Shown in pieces: positions 10,138-19,319 of a stretch of 48,370 nt of DNA (position 1 is its first letter; every line of letters begins with the position of its first letter). This DNA is from Bdellovibrionota bacterium FG-2. Lineage in GTDB: Bacteria > Bdellovibrionota > UBA1018. The stretch lies in NCBI GenBank assembly GCA_051382305.1, contig JBBCAV010000317.1, positions 1-48,370 on the forward strand. Reading direction: 5' to 3'. A program made the position numbers and the translations under genes. The notes beneath the pieces are model-generated. The model made no database searches. It saw only the letters and a program-made list of their open reading frames with translations, and was not told the origin of the DNA.

Positions 10138-11078
10138 TTATGCTGTAGAGTGAGTCCAATTATGGTGCACTGGTAAGGTTTTCCAGCGTGTTTGTTCCTC
10201 CTTCGGATATAGGGATCTTATGATGTATCTCAATCCACCTGCTTTGATTGCATCGTTTTCCAGGGGTAGATGATTCAGGGGAATCTGGGGTATGTGCAAT
10301 ATAGGTACATCGGCCTTGGTCCCTTAATCATCACTTGATGCAGGAGATTAGCCGGGATAGGGACGCGCTCCGCGCGCTGCGCAGGGCGAGAAGCAGCCTG
10401 TATCGAGACAGGTCACGTGTATTGGGTGCCTACAATCGCGCCTACGAGCGCGCCCTTTTTCGCAATCTGCCTTTTGGCGCGCCGTACGGGATCACGTCGC
10501 CTTAGGTGCTCCTCGGTCATCGTCGCTATCGTTTCTTCCAGTGACACGGCTCGCCCACGGGCTTGACACATGAGATCTTGGACGCGTCTGATCGCCAACA
10601 TGTCCTTTTCGGAAAGTCCGATCTCCAGTTTTACGCGGTTTTCGGTGACATAGCTTGCCCGCTCAGGCGTTGCGGGTTGGGGTCTGATTTTTGCGACTTC
10701 TTTTTCAAGCTGCCGTTGAGACAATGATGTGGCTTTCGCTAGCCACCGGGTCTTGTTCTGTTTTGTAAGAACCGGCGTAATTCTCCTCGCGTTAGACAGA
10801 GTCATTGAACCGCTGGCAATGAGTTCTTTAAGCTCTGGCGCTTCGCAAGCCTTTCGCGCAACCGTGATGAGATTGTAGGCCACGCTTTCAGAGAGTCCAA
10901 GTTCACGAACGACGTAGAGGAAAAGACTTGAGTGTCCGTGCTGGAGATAAACGCGGTGACGATCCACTTGCTCAAGAACCCCCAGTAACTCAGCTTCGGT
11001 TTTCTGGTAATGGCCGCCAAGTTCTACGGCGCGCTGATGGAATTGCAGGGTAAGCGAGGACGAGAGATTAGGCGACAT
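10138..11078 (-). pseudogene. DUF222-like/HNH endonuclease protein, disrupted
   Basis: ORF from ATG 11078 (GAAAGGA RBS) stops at TGA 10415-10413. The same frame continues ...ERVPIPANLLHQVM, then after a frameshift reads DQGRCTY...RC...WIEIHHKIPISEGGTNTLENLT, with a further slip into HNWTH*. Confidence 0.75.
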
Positions 11079-11511
11079 GGGCACGGTTCCTTTCATGAAA
11101 GAAGGCTGTGTTGAAATCATGAAAGTGCCTTTTTCTATCGCATGTTTTGCGAATATTATCAATGACAAATTCGTCAAAAATTCCGTCCGTAAGAATAGAA
11201 GCGGCAATCAGAACATTCACGCAAGGCTCAAAAAGCTGCGCTTTTTCCCCACTCGTTTTCCCGAAGACCCCGTGCACATCACTCCAGTGCATCGTTACAT
11301 GTCGGCATTTGTTCAAGTGCGGCTCGGACAAGGCTACGGCATCCGTTAAGGCCACTTCTTAGTGTAAGGCTACTTTGGGCAAAAGTGTGATCGAATAAGG
11401 TGGTATTCTTGGATTGGCTCTCGGCGATTCGATGAATGGATACCGCGAAGTTGCACGAGACAGAGAAATCTTGCTTTGTACCGCTTAACTGCGCCTGCAA
11501 TAGTAGGTCGC

Positions 11512-11976
11512 CTAGTTTTGTACCCTCCGCTCGCCTTGGGCGGCCGAATATCGTTCAATGCTCTTACCGTGTATTGATTGTATAATAAAGGAGTGCGTAC
11601 ATCCAAGCCAGGGTTTGCTTTCTCGACCCGTACTCGTGAAGGCTGCATAAAGTAAAATGGACCCAGCTATGTGTTGGCTGAAAACAGTGTCCGGCAGCGA
11701 GTCACAGCGATAGACTTCGCCACGATAATCAGGAAGTTTTTGTAGGCCGTCGATAAGGCCCTTTACTTTAAGCACTTCGTATCTGGGAATCTTCGTTTCA
11801 TTCCGGAGAGCGCTGTTAATCCAGCGATAGTCTAGTAGCGTATACTCCCGTATAGCCTTTAATTCATTTTCGGAAAGCGGAACACCAGTTTCGGCGGCAA
11901 AAATTGCGGGAGATACAGAAAGCGACAGAACGGTTGCGCAGGCAAACAAGTAAGCGATGCCACCGATTCGCTTCAT
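11512..11976 (-). CDS. Secreted ADP-ribosyltransferase-like protein (R-S-E type), probably C-terminally truncated
   Basis: Signal-peptide-like N terminus; AIREYT..Y..IN.ALR, LQKLP.Y.GEVYR, FTST, GKSIERYS..GE. Confidence 0.65.
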   Translation of the reverse strand: MKRIGGIAYLFACATVLSLSVSPAIFAAETGVPLSENELKAIREYTLLDYRWINSALRNETKIPRYEVLKVKGLIDGLQKLPDYRGEVYRCDSLPDTVFSQHIAGSILLYAAFTSTGRESKPWLGCTHSFIIQSIHGKSIERYSAAQGERRVQN

Positions 11977-11983
11977 AAGCAGC

Positions 11984-12838
11984 CTACTGGTTCCCCACTC
12001 GCTTCACAAAATCAATCGATGCATCCACCTCATCGATATTGTCCTGAATCACATTGCGAAGGGACCTATTCTTGAAACTGGCATCCTTGTCTTTTGTGGT
12101 TGGATCAAATAGTGATCGACTAAAGATCTGACACAAAAACACAGGCGCATTCTTTATGTTCCCCACGACAAAAGAGCCTTGGCGCAAAAAGCCCTCCAGC
12201 TTCTTTGTGGCAAAGAGCGCTTTCAGTTGGTCGAGCTTGGCCAGAAGTTTATCGGTCCGCGGTGGAGCTTTGTCCCTAAGTAACTTGACGTTTACGCGGA
12301 GGAGTTCGATGTAGGCTTCGATGGGGTCTTCTGCGTTTAGCGATTGCTCCATCTTCATGAGGCACTGGTCGCCGTCAAACAATTTAAGAGCGTCTGGAGA
12401 GCAGGGGCTGGAGTCGGGAGTTTTTGAAGCGTCCTTGATTTTCCACCCCTTGGTCAGCGTTTTTTCAACAAAAAACACGGGCTCTGTTGGGATAATAGAC
12501 CTTTCCTTTTTGTCCTCAAAACGTGAAACGGAGAGTTCTGCCATCAAATCCTCATAGTTCGGCTCGCCGGTCAGTTCTACCGACGTTTTTCCGTTACAGG
12601 ATTTGAGGCAAGAGGCGAGATTAGGCCCTAAAACTAGGCTGAAACAGCCAAGTTTTTTTGCGTCCAGTTGCGCGGAGGCCCCAATTGGATCTTGGACCTT
12701 GAGGGTTAGGACGCCATTTTTCTGGTCAATCTGCGCAAGGCTGACCGTTGCTTTTTTCCCCATCGCAAATGTGTTTGTCCCTGAGAGAACGACAAAACCG
12801 GTTGCGAGGATTGTTAGAACCTGTAATGAGCTTTTCAT
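11984..12838 (-). CDS. Hypothetical secreted protein
   Basis: 284-aa ORF with a signal-like N terminus (…TFA-MGKK). ATGA overlap with the upstream S8 gene. Confidence 0.7.
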   Translation of the reverse strand: MKSSLQVLTILATGFVVLSGTNTFAMGKKATVSLAQIDQKNGVLTLKVQDPIGASAQLDAKKLGCFSLVLGPNLASCLKSCNGKTSVELTGEPNYEDLMAELSVSRFEDKKERSIIPTEPVFFVEKTLTKGWKIKDASKTPDSSPCSPDALKLFDGDQCLMKMEQSLNAEDPIEAYIELLRVNVKLLRDKAPPRTDKLLAKLDQLKALFATKKLEGFLRQGSFVVGNIKNAPVFLCQIFSRSLFDPTTKDKDASFKNRSLRNVIQDNIDEVDASIDFVKRVGNQ

Positions 12839-14262
12839 TTTATAGCTCCTTTCGCATCCGATAGTTTACGGGCGGTAAAGCCTTCAAAATATGCGGAGTC
12901 GTTAATTTTCAAGCGAGAGGGTTTCAAAGAGTTATTCAAGAAGGCGGTCGTCTCCTTGAGTCCTGCTGGGGCGTACCACGATGGCTTCTTGATTTTGAAT
13001 TTGTAAACGGGGAGCGTTCCGATGAAATCTGGCATCGATCGTTTACGAATTTCTTTGATTACTTGTTTTGGCCCCAGGCTTGGTTTTGCGGCCAAGATTT
13101 CGCCGGCAAGATGGGCGATGAGAGGCGACGCCATCGACGTGCCGCTGAGTTTGCCTAAGTGACTTGCCTGCGCACAATCCTTTCGAAAGGATTCTACGAG
13201 CATGGCTTTCGCAACGCTATCTTCCATGCGATCAAAGGAGAGTGCTTGCTCCGCAGAAGGAGTGGTGCACATTCCGCTGGGCATTGTAGAAATGACGTTT
13301 TGTCCTAAGGTGAACACGACATCGACGTTGCCCAGTTGGATGTTGGTGAAGGTTGCGGGTTCCCCATTTTCACGCAAGGCCCCTACACACAGGAGGTTGG
13401 GGGCTTTGATTCCGCATGGCATTCCAAGCTTGTTGGAGGCGTCTCTCCAAGCGCCGTCGTTTCCGGCAGCGGTGACGTAGAGTACGTCGGGGTGCGAATT
13501 GATCGCTTCCGAAATTTTATCATAATAGGCTTTTTGGGCTAGAAACTCGGCTTCTTTATCTGCGCCATCGTCTGCTTTTGTTGCTTTATCAAAATCAAGG
13601 CCCAAAGACATATTAACTACTTTTGCGCCATCTGCTGCGGCTTGGTTGATGGCACTCACGATCATGTTCATTGAGTCGGCGGTGTAGTCAAAGGCTGGGT
13701 CGGGACTAAAATTAGAAGGAAGGACACGATATCCCATGAGACCAAAATCGGGCCGATCATAGACCATGAGCCCTGACACATGGGTTCCGTGGTAGGTGCC
13801 TTCGGCTTGTTCTTGGTTGGTGTTACGGTGAGGCGCGAAATACTTTGCGAGATCCGGCGCAGTCGCGACGAGGTTGCTTAAGCCCTCGAACTCGGCTTGA
13901 GATTTCTTGAGATCCTCGGCGCTAGTTCCGGGATCATAGAGTGAGGTGCGAGCCAGGTATGGAGCTGGCCAGCTGTCATCACCCACGTAGTCCTTGCCGA
14001 GGCCTTGAGGTTTGCCCGTGGCGTCGAGTGAAAAGTGGATTTGTGATTGAAGATAGGGATGGTTGTAGTCTATGCCCGTATCGATCACTGCCATCAGCAC
14101 TTTGTGTTTTGCATTGTTTGCAGCAAAGTCACGAGTCATGGGCGCAGGATTGACGAGTTGCTGATCTTCGGGAGTCGCGATTTTCTGATTATCGACATAG
14201 CAGGCCGAGGTAAGCAAAAGGCTGCCGAGAGTCCCCATTCGAAGAAGAAGATTTATGTTCAT
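12835..14262 (-). CDS. S8 (subtilisin-family) serine peptidase, probable lipoprotein
   Basis: Triad motifs VIDTG, HGTHV, GTSMASP; also NMSLG and AAGND. Lipobox LTSA-C. Confidence 0.92.
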   Translation of the reverse strand: MNINLLLRMGTLGSLLLTSACYVDNQKIATPEDQQLVNPAPMTRDFAANNAKHKVLMAVIDTGIDYNHPYLQSQIHFSLDATGKPQGLGKDYVGDDSWPAPYLARTSLYDPGTSAEDLKKSQAEFEGLSNLVATAPDLAKYFAPHRNTNQEQAEGTYHGTHVSGLMVYDRPDFGLMGYRVLPSNFSPDPAFDYTADSMNMIVSAINQAAADGAKVVNMSLGLDFDKATKADDGADKEAEFLAQKAYYDKISEAINSHPDVLYVTAAGNDGAWRDASNKLGMPCGIKAPNLLCVGALRENGEPATFTNIQLGNVDVVFTLGQNVISTMPSGMCTTPSAEQALSFDRMEDSVAKAMLVESFRKDCAQASHLGKLSGTSMASPLIAHLAGEILAAKPSLGPKQVIKEIRKRSMPDFIGTLPVYKFKIKKPSWYAPAGLKETTAFLNNSLKPSRLKINDSAYFEGFTARKLSDAKGAIK

Positions 14263-14368
14263 TGATTTATTCCCCCAAAGTATTCCGAAATCTGATTGAT
14301 AAACGTTGGTAACGCAATGTGTCTATCAGTCTAAGTGCTGCGCGTCAAGATGGGGGCTGAGAAATATT

Positions 14369-15304
14369 TTATCGGCATTGCCTCATGATCGTAGTCGTAT
14401 AGAGGTGGCAAGTAGAGGGAAGTTTGCATTGTTTTTCGCTACTTATTTCGCCTGTAAATTCAGAAGGTTGAATGACAAACTCGAAGACATGGGGAGTAGG
14501 CCTAGGCGAAGGACTCACGATGGGGCTTGGCGACGGGCTGGTTGAAGGACCAGGAGAGGGACTTGTTGAGGGAGCTGTAGAGGGTACAGCGCTTGGGGTG
14601 GTTGAGGGTAATGGCGAGGGACTTGGAGAAGCACCCGTAAATTTCTGAAAGCTCCAGTCAATATGGAGAGTGATGTCAACCTTATCTCGATCTGCGCAGG
14701 TGAGCTTTCCCCAGAATTCTGCAGTTAAAGGTGAGGAGCATGCCTCGCGCGTCGCATCCGCTTTGAGATCAATTGTTCCGCCATCCACCGCAACGAAAAA
14801 GGTTCCGTCCGGCATGACTTCCCATGAGGTATCGAGGCTTCCGTCAGAGGTTCTAATCCCAATTACTTTTTTATAACAATCCGCTTGAATGATCATGCCG
14901 CGCAAAGGTTTTGAGAGTTCAATCTTTTTTCCTTCAAGAGGGCAGTCCCAAAGCCCCAGGTTTACAGGGACAAGTTGCGTGCTCATACCGTAGGGACACT
15001 GACTTGCAAGCATTGCGTTGCCAACGACCGCACGATAGCCGTCGTCGATGGGGCTTGGCTCAGGCCAAGGCTCTTCATCGACGGTTTCCGATGAAGGGTC
15101 AGGGGATTCGCTTGCAGAAGGATCTTCGGAATCAATTTGGGTCGAATCATCGGGAGTCTTTGAAGGCATTGCATCGATAAAGGGTTCCTCTTGGATGCTC
15201 TCGTCTAGCGAGGCGGGCCTACCGCAGCTCATCGCGTATAAGAGAAGAACCGTGCAGGATGAAAAAAGAAACAGGACCCAAATTTTATGTATGGCCGCTT
15301 TCAT
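14369..15304 (-). CDS. Hypothetical Cys-rich exported/lipoprotein with acidic and Pro/Ser-rich linkers
   Basis: Hydrophobic N terminus ending AMS-C, several Cys, and a PS/PT low-complexity tract. Confidence 0.65.
   Translation of the reverse strand: MKAAIHKIWVLFLFSSCTVLLLYAMSCGRPASLDESIQEEPFIDAMPSKTPDDSTQIDSEDPSASESPDPSSETVDEEPWPEPSPIDDGYRAVVGNAMLASQCPYGMSTQLVPVNLGLWDCPLEGKKIELSKPLRGMIIQADCYKKVIGIRTSDGSLDTSWEVMPDGTFFVAVDGGTIDLKADATREACSSPLTAEFWGKLTCADRDKVDITLHIDWSFQKFTGASPSPSPLPSTTPSAVPSTAPSTSPSPGPSTSPSPSPIVSPSPRPTPHVFEFVIQPSEFTGEISSEKQCKLPSTCHLYTTTIMRQCR
14495..14635 (-). repeat. Pro/Ser/Thr low-complexity coding repeat
   Basis: Encodes SPSPSPLPSTTPSAVPSTAPSTSPSPGPSTSPSPSP. Coordinates approximate. 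Confidence 0.7.
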
Positions 15305-15414
15305 GAAATGCTGGCTTTGCAAACGGGGAGCCAGTGTTGAGCAGTCGGAATGATGCGGAGAGGTAGGAACTCTAGGGGGCGTAGAATTCCGCATACGGAG
15401 TTAGCTAGTTTCGT

Positions 15415-16746
15415 ATGCGGAATTTTATAGGACGGACAGACTATCTCAAAACACTAGAAACCGAGTGGAAGCGGGACAAGAGTTCTTTAGTGGCGATGTA
15501 CGGCCGTCGCCGTGTCGAAAAAAGTGCGCTAATCCGTGAGTTTTCGCAGCAAAAGCCGGCTCTCTTTTTCGAGGGCCTTGAGGGTGAGCCCACTGCAACT
15601 CAGATTGCACATTTCCTAAAACAACTGAGCTTACAAATAAACGAGCCCCATTTGGCCGATTTGAAGTATTCGGATTGGTCTGACGTCTTTGACGAATTGA
15701 CATGGATGGCGGCTTCTAAAACGAAGCTAGTTAATCTCATTAAAGTATACTGGGACCAACAGTGGAAGCAGCATCCTCATTGTTTCCTCGTCTTGTGCAG
15801 TTCAATCGCTTCGTGGATGGTCAAGAATGTCGTAAAGTCCAAGGCCCTTTACAGCCCCCTGAGGTGGCGCAATTCATTGGAAAGGTTCGTGGCGAGCACG
15901 AGATTCTGCAATACCTCCTTTGTTTTGGAGGGGTACCCCGCTATTTGGAAGAGTTCGACTTCAAGAAATCGATCCACTGGAATATCGAGCGCACTTGTTT
16001 GTCAAAGTCTGGATTTTTCTACGATGAAGCCGATAAGATTTTTTACAATCAGTTTCACGAAACTCAGGTCTATAAAAAGATCTTTCATAGTCTTTTTAAA
16101 AATGGACCGGCATCGCTCGATGTCTTGGCCAAGCAAGCCAAGCAGCCCACGGGAGGGGGATTCAAAACCTATCTTGATAACCTCCAAAGCGCGGGGATAA
16201 TCGATGCGACATTTCCCATCCATAATTGGAAGGTCGCCAAGCAAGCGCGGTATCGGCTAGCGGATGAGTTTTGGACCTTTGATGGCAAGATCCTAGCGTC
16301 AATACGCATGAGATTAAGAAGCGCGCCGGGGGCTCACGCTTTTCAAAAATGGATTGCGCCCCAATGGGATTGCCTATTTGGGTTATGCTTTCGAACGATT
16401 TTGTCAGAAATACCGAAATCGCATTGCCGAGCTTTTAGAAATTGACTCACAAGTCATTGGTACGAGCCCACTCATTGTTGAGGAGAAAACCGCTTCAAAG
16501 GCACAGTTAGATTTAGTTTTTCTGCGGCAAGATCCTGTCATTACGTGTTGTGAGATTAAATATAGCAAGAATCGTATCGGACCCGAGGTCATTGCAGAAG
16601 TCGAGCGCAGGCACCAGAGGATTCTGTGGCCGAAAGGCGTGAGTGTAGAAAAGGTTCTGATCGTGACTCAAGAGCCCCTAGATTCGGTCAGAAAGAGCGG
16701 GTCTTTTGCGCAGATTGTGACGGCGGGGCAGCTGCTTGATAGTTGA
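15415..16746 (+). pseudogene. Archaeal-type ATPase/DUF234 nuclease-like protein, fragmented
   Basis: FIGR…YGRRRVEKS (Walker A Gly changed to Glu), FGGVPRYL, RYRLAD, GYAFE, QLDLV…CEIKY spread over three overlapping frames. Confidence 0.8.
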
Positions 16747-16771
16747 TCGTCGCAGATCCCGCGCCAAAGAT

Positions 16772-16882
16772 CTATGTTGCGCGCAGAGCGTTAATTAAAT
16801 AAAGAAGCAGGAGAGTCAGAAAGGAAAGCGTGAGTGGGAAAGTGACCCCAATAGGGAGCTTGCGTGTATTTCTTGAAGACAT
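16772..16882 (-). CDS. Possible 36-aa hydrophobic peptide or N-terminal gene remnant
   Basis: MSSRNTRKLPIGVTFPLTLSFLTLLLLYLINALRAT*, just downstream of a sigma54-like motif. Confidence 0.3.
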   Translation of the reverse strand: MSSRNTRKLPIGVTFPLTLSFLTLLLLYLINALRAT

Positions 16883-16894
16883 AATCCGTTGCTG

Positions 16895-16910
16895 TGCCTT
16901 TTTCGTGCCA
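16895..16910 (-). promoter_or_regulatory. Possible sigma54 (-24/-12) promoter
   Basis: TGGCACGAAAAAGGCA: perfect TGGCACG, GG-N10-GC spacing, weak -12 element. Confidence 0.4.
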
Positions 16911-17126
16911 AAATGCACAAAAACAGCCGACCGTCTTCGTAGATGGTAAATATTTAGAATTAGAGGGGAAATGCAGCTTGTCTCCTTTGCCGTCTTGAGC
17001 CGCGCAGGGCAATGCTGGTGTGTTTTTGACTTTTCGGGGCCAAGAAGCCCCCATCCAAGATACCTCCAATCTTGGGCATATCTTGGGTGCAACCCCTTCG
17101 ACCTTACGGTATGCTGAGTGGCAACC

Positions 17127-17465
17127 ATGCGATTGAAAGAGGGAAGTTCCCCTGTTTGGTGTTCTGCGGTTTCGTTAGGAAGCGATTCCTATGTGGGCGC
17201 AGCGGTACATTATATCGCTTCGATTTGTCCGGCTGTTTCGTATGTCGAGATTCGACTGAAGAAAAAGTTAGGAGAAAAAAGAGATTTTAAAATAGGCCGC
17301 GATCCTAAAGCAGGGAAATTGTTTACTTCTGAAATTCGAACTTCTCAAGGGAGCCCCGTGGGGACCCTGGTTATTCGAGGTCGATTTCCAGAGTTTTTTT
17401 TGCCTCAAAATCAAGCGGCTGTTGAAAAAGCGGTTTTAGAGCTGGGAGAGCTATGGCGCGAGTAA
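17127..17465 (+). CDS. Hypothetical protein, possibly a degenerate GAF-like domain
   Basis: Overlaps the next gene's start. C-terminal pattern (SEIRTSQGSPVGTLVI…F…AVEKAVLEL) resembles the end of a GAF domain. Confidence 0.45.
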   Translation: MRLKEGSSPVWCSAVSLGSDSYVGAAVHYIASICPAVSYVEIRLKKKLGEKRDFKIGRDPKAGKLFTSEIRTSQGSPVGTLVIRGRFPEFFLPQNQAAVEKAVLELGELWRE

Positions 17466-18016
17466 AAAAGATTCAGCCGACATTAGAGTTTTTGTTTTTT
17501 TCAACGCCAGAACAACGAGTTTTGAAGCTCTTAATTTCTGAACCCACCACGACCTTTTCGCTTCGGGTGATTGCTTCGCGCCTTAAGGGGGTCCGAGGTG
17601 TAGGAGGGAGTGAAGGACTCACCGAAATTTTGAGCGAACTGCAAGGCCTGGGTTTTGTTGAGTTTGTAGATAACAACCGAGCCGTACGTTTGCAGGATGA
17701 TGGCGCGGTCGTGCAAATGCTTAAGCGATTTTCTGCGATTTGTGATTTAGAGGGCTTGATTCAAACTCTTTCTCCAATTTCTACGAAAGGCATTTTGTTT
17801 GGCAGTCGGGCCACGGGAAGAGCCCGTTCGGACAGCGATTATGATTTGTTTGTCGTATCTGAAACGCCAGAAGAAATTCGTAAAATTGCGCTGCGCCACC
17901 CTCTGGGGCGCAGAATTGAACTCATCGCTTGGACCCCTGATCAGTATTCGGAAGTCGATGAAGAAGATCAGAAGCTGGCGCTCAAGTTAGGTCAGGGTGT
18001 AGTTTTGTGGGGCTAG
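17453..18016 (+). CDS. HTH + minimal nucleotidyltransferase (MNT/Pol-beta superfamily)
   Basis: ILFGSRATG…SDYDLFVV (GS…DxD motif), an N-terminal wHTH-like region and a GVVLWG end. Confidence 0.85.
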   Translation: MARVKKIQPTLEFLFFSTPEQRVLKLLISEPTTTFSLRVIASRLKGVRGVGGSEGLTEILSELQGLGFVEFVDNNRAVRLQDDGAVVQMLKRFSAICDLEGLIQTLSPISTKGILFGSRATGRARSDSDYDLFVVSETPEEIRKIALRHPLGRRIELIAWTPDQYSEVDEEDQKLALKLGQGVVLWG

Positions 18017-18792
18017 GCTATGCCAAACCGGTTCACTGGTGCCCATCGTGCGCTACCGCACTAGCGGAAACGGAGATCGAGTTCTCCAAGAAAACAAGTC
18101 CTTCGATCTATGTAAAATTTGAATTAAAGAAAGAAGCGTTGTCGGCATTTTCAGAGCTTGCGCAAGCGATGAAGCGATCGTCTGCTGAGCGGGCGTTTAT
18201 CGTGATTTGGACGACGACGCCTTGGACGCTTCCCGCAAATCTTGGTCTTGCCCTTCACCCCGAATTTGATTACGTGGCCCTTCCGGCGCCCACACTGGAT
18301 GGAACCGAGCTTTGGATTGTTGCCAAGGGTCTTCAAGCGAGTTTTGAAAAAGCGGTAGGATTTGAGAAATCAATTCCACCTGCTTTGATTTTCAAAGGAG
18401 AAAGGCTCCATCGTCAATCCGCTAAGCATCCATTTATGGATCGTGATTCGCTTATTGTTTTAAGTGATCATGTCTCCCTTGAAGTCGGCACGGGTGTCAT
18501 GCACACTGCCCCGGGGCATGGGGTGGATGATTATAATATCGGCATGTGCTATGGCCTTGATATTTTCTCTCCCGTGGATGATCGCGGGAGGTTTGATGTG
18601 GGGTTTGATGAAATGCAGGGCCAGTATGTTTTTGATTCAAATGACGCGATTATCGAAAAACTACGAGATTCAGGGCATCTTGTTACTCTTACTGATATTG
18701 CGCATAGTTACCCGCATTGCCGGCGATGTCATCACGCGGTAATTTTTAGAACGACGCGACGTTGTGCCCTGACTTTTGGAGGCTCGGTATGA
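18007..18792 (+). CDS. Free-standing isoleucyl-tRNA synthetase CP1/editing domain (ileS fragment)
   Basis: KPVHWCPSCATALA, WTTTPWTLPAN, GTGVMHTAPGHGVDDY, HSYPHCRRC..VIFR. No HIGH or KMSKS motif. Directly upstream of lspA. Confidence 0.85.
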   Translation: MGLGYAKPVHWCPSCATALAETEIEFSKKTSPSIYVKFELKKEALSAFSELAQAMKRSSAERAFIVIWTTTPWTLPANLGLALHPEFDYVALPAPTLDGTELWIVAKGLQASFEKAVGFEKSIPPALIFKGERLHRQSAKHPFMDRDSLIVLSDHVSLEVGTGVMHTAPGHGVDDYNIGMCYGLDIFSPVDDRGRFDVGFDEMQGQYVFDSNDAIIEKLRDSGHLVTLTDIAHSYPHCRRCHHAVIFRTTRRCALTFGGSV

Positions 18793-19319
18793 TGAAAGGG
18801 AAGTTGAAGTATCTCATTTTGTTTGCGGTTACTCTCTTTATTGTGGGCCTCGATCAATGGACGAAGGGGTTGGTGGTCGCACGTTTCAGATTAGGAGAGT
18901 CCATTCCAATTCTAGATGGCCTTTTTAGTTTGACCTATGTGCGCAACACAGGCGCCGCATTTGGATTGTTGGCGGGTGCTCATCCGGCATTTCGAGTTCC
19001 CTTTTTTGTGATAGTACCCATGATCGCTTTGATCGCAATTGGACTTATTTTTAGGAAACTTCCTGCTGCGGATAAAAAACTCTCTACGGCGCTGTCGTTG
19101 GTTATTGGCGGTGCAGTGGGCAATCTCATTGACCGACTCGCTCTGGGGTATGTCGTGGACTTCCTCGATTTTCATTGGAAGTATCTCTATCATTTTCCGG
19201 CCTTTAATGTGGCAGACGCCGCCATATGTGTCGGGGTAGGAATTTTGATGCTCGATTTGTTAACTCAAGAAACACTTCAAAAAAAGGAGTCCTCCTCGGA
19301 TGTATCCTCTTCTCGTTAA
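18789..19319 (+). CDS. lspA: Lipoprotein signal peptidase II
   Basis: DQWTK, NTGAAFG, GGAVGNLIDR, VVDF, FNVADAAI. Confidence 0.96.
   Translation: MMKGKLKYLILFAVTLFIVGLDQWTKGLVVARFRLGESIPILDGLFSLTYVRNTGAAFGLLAGAHPAFRVPFFVIVPMIALIAIGLIFRKLPAADKKLSTALSLVIGGAVGNLIDRLALGYVVDFLDFHWKYLYHFPAFNVADAAICVGVGILMLDLLTQETLQKKESSSDVSSSR

Noticed and set aside
11068-11500. Minus-strand fragment LFEPCVNVLIAASIL resembling a lytic transglycosylase motif
   Set aside because: Too short, with no convincing catalytic ES or GLMQ motif in frame. It may be a remnant, but this cannot be supported without a search.
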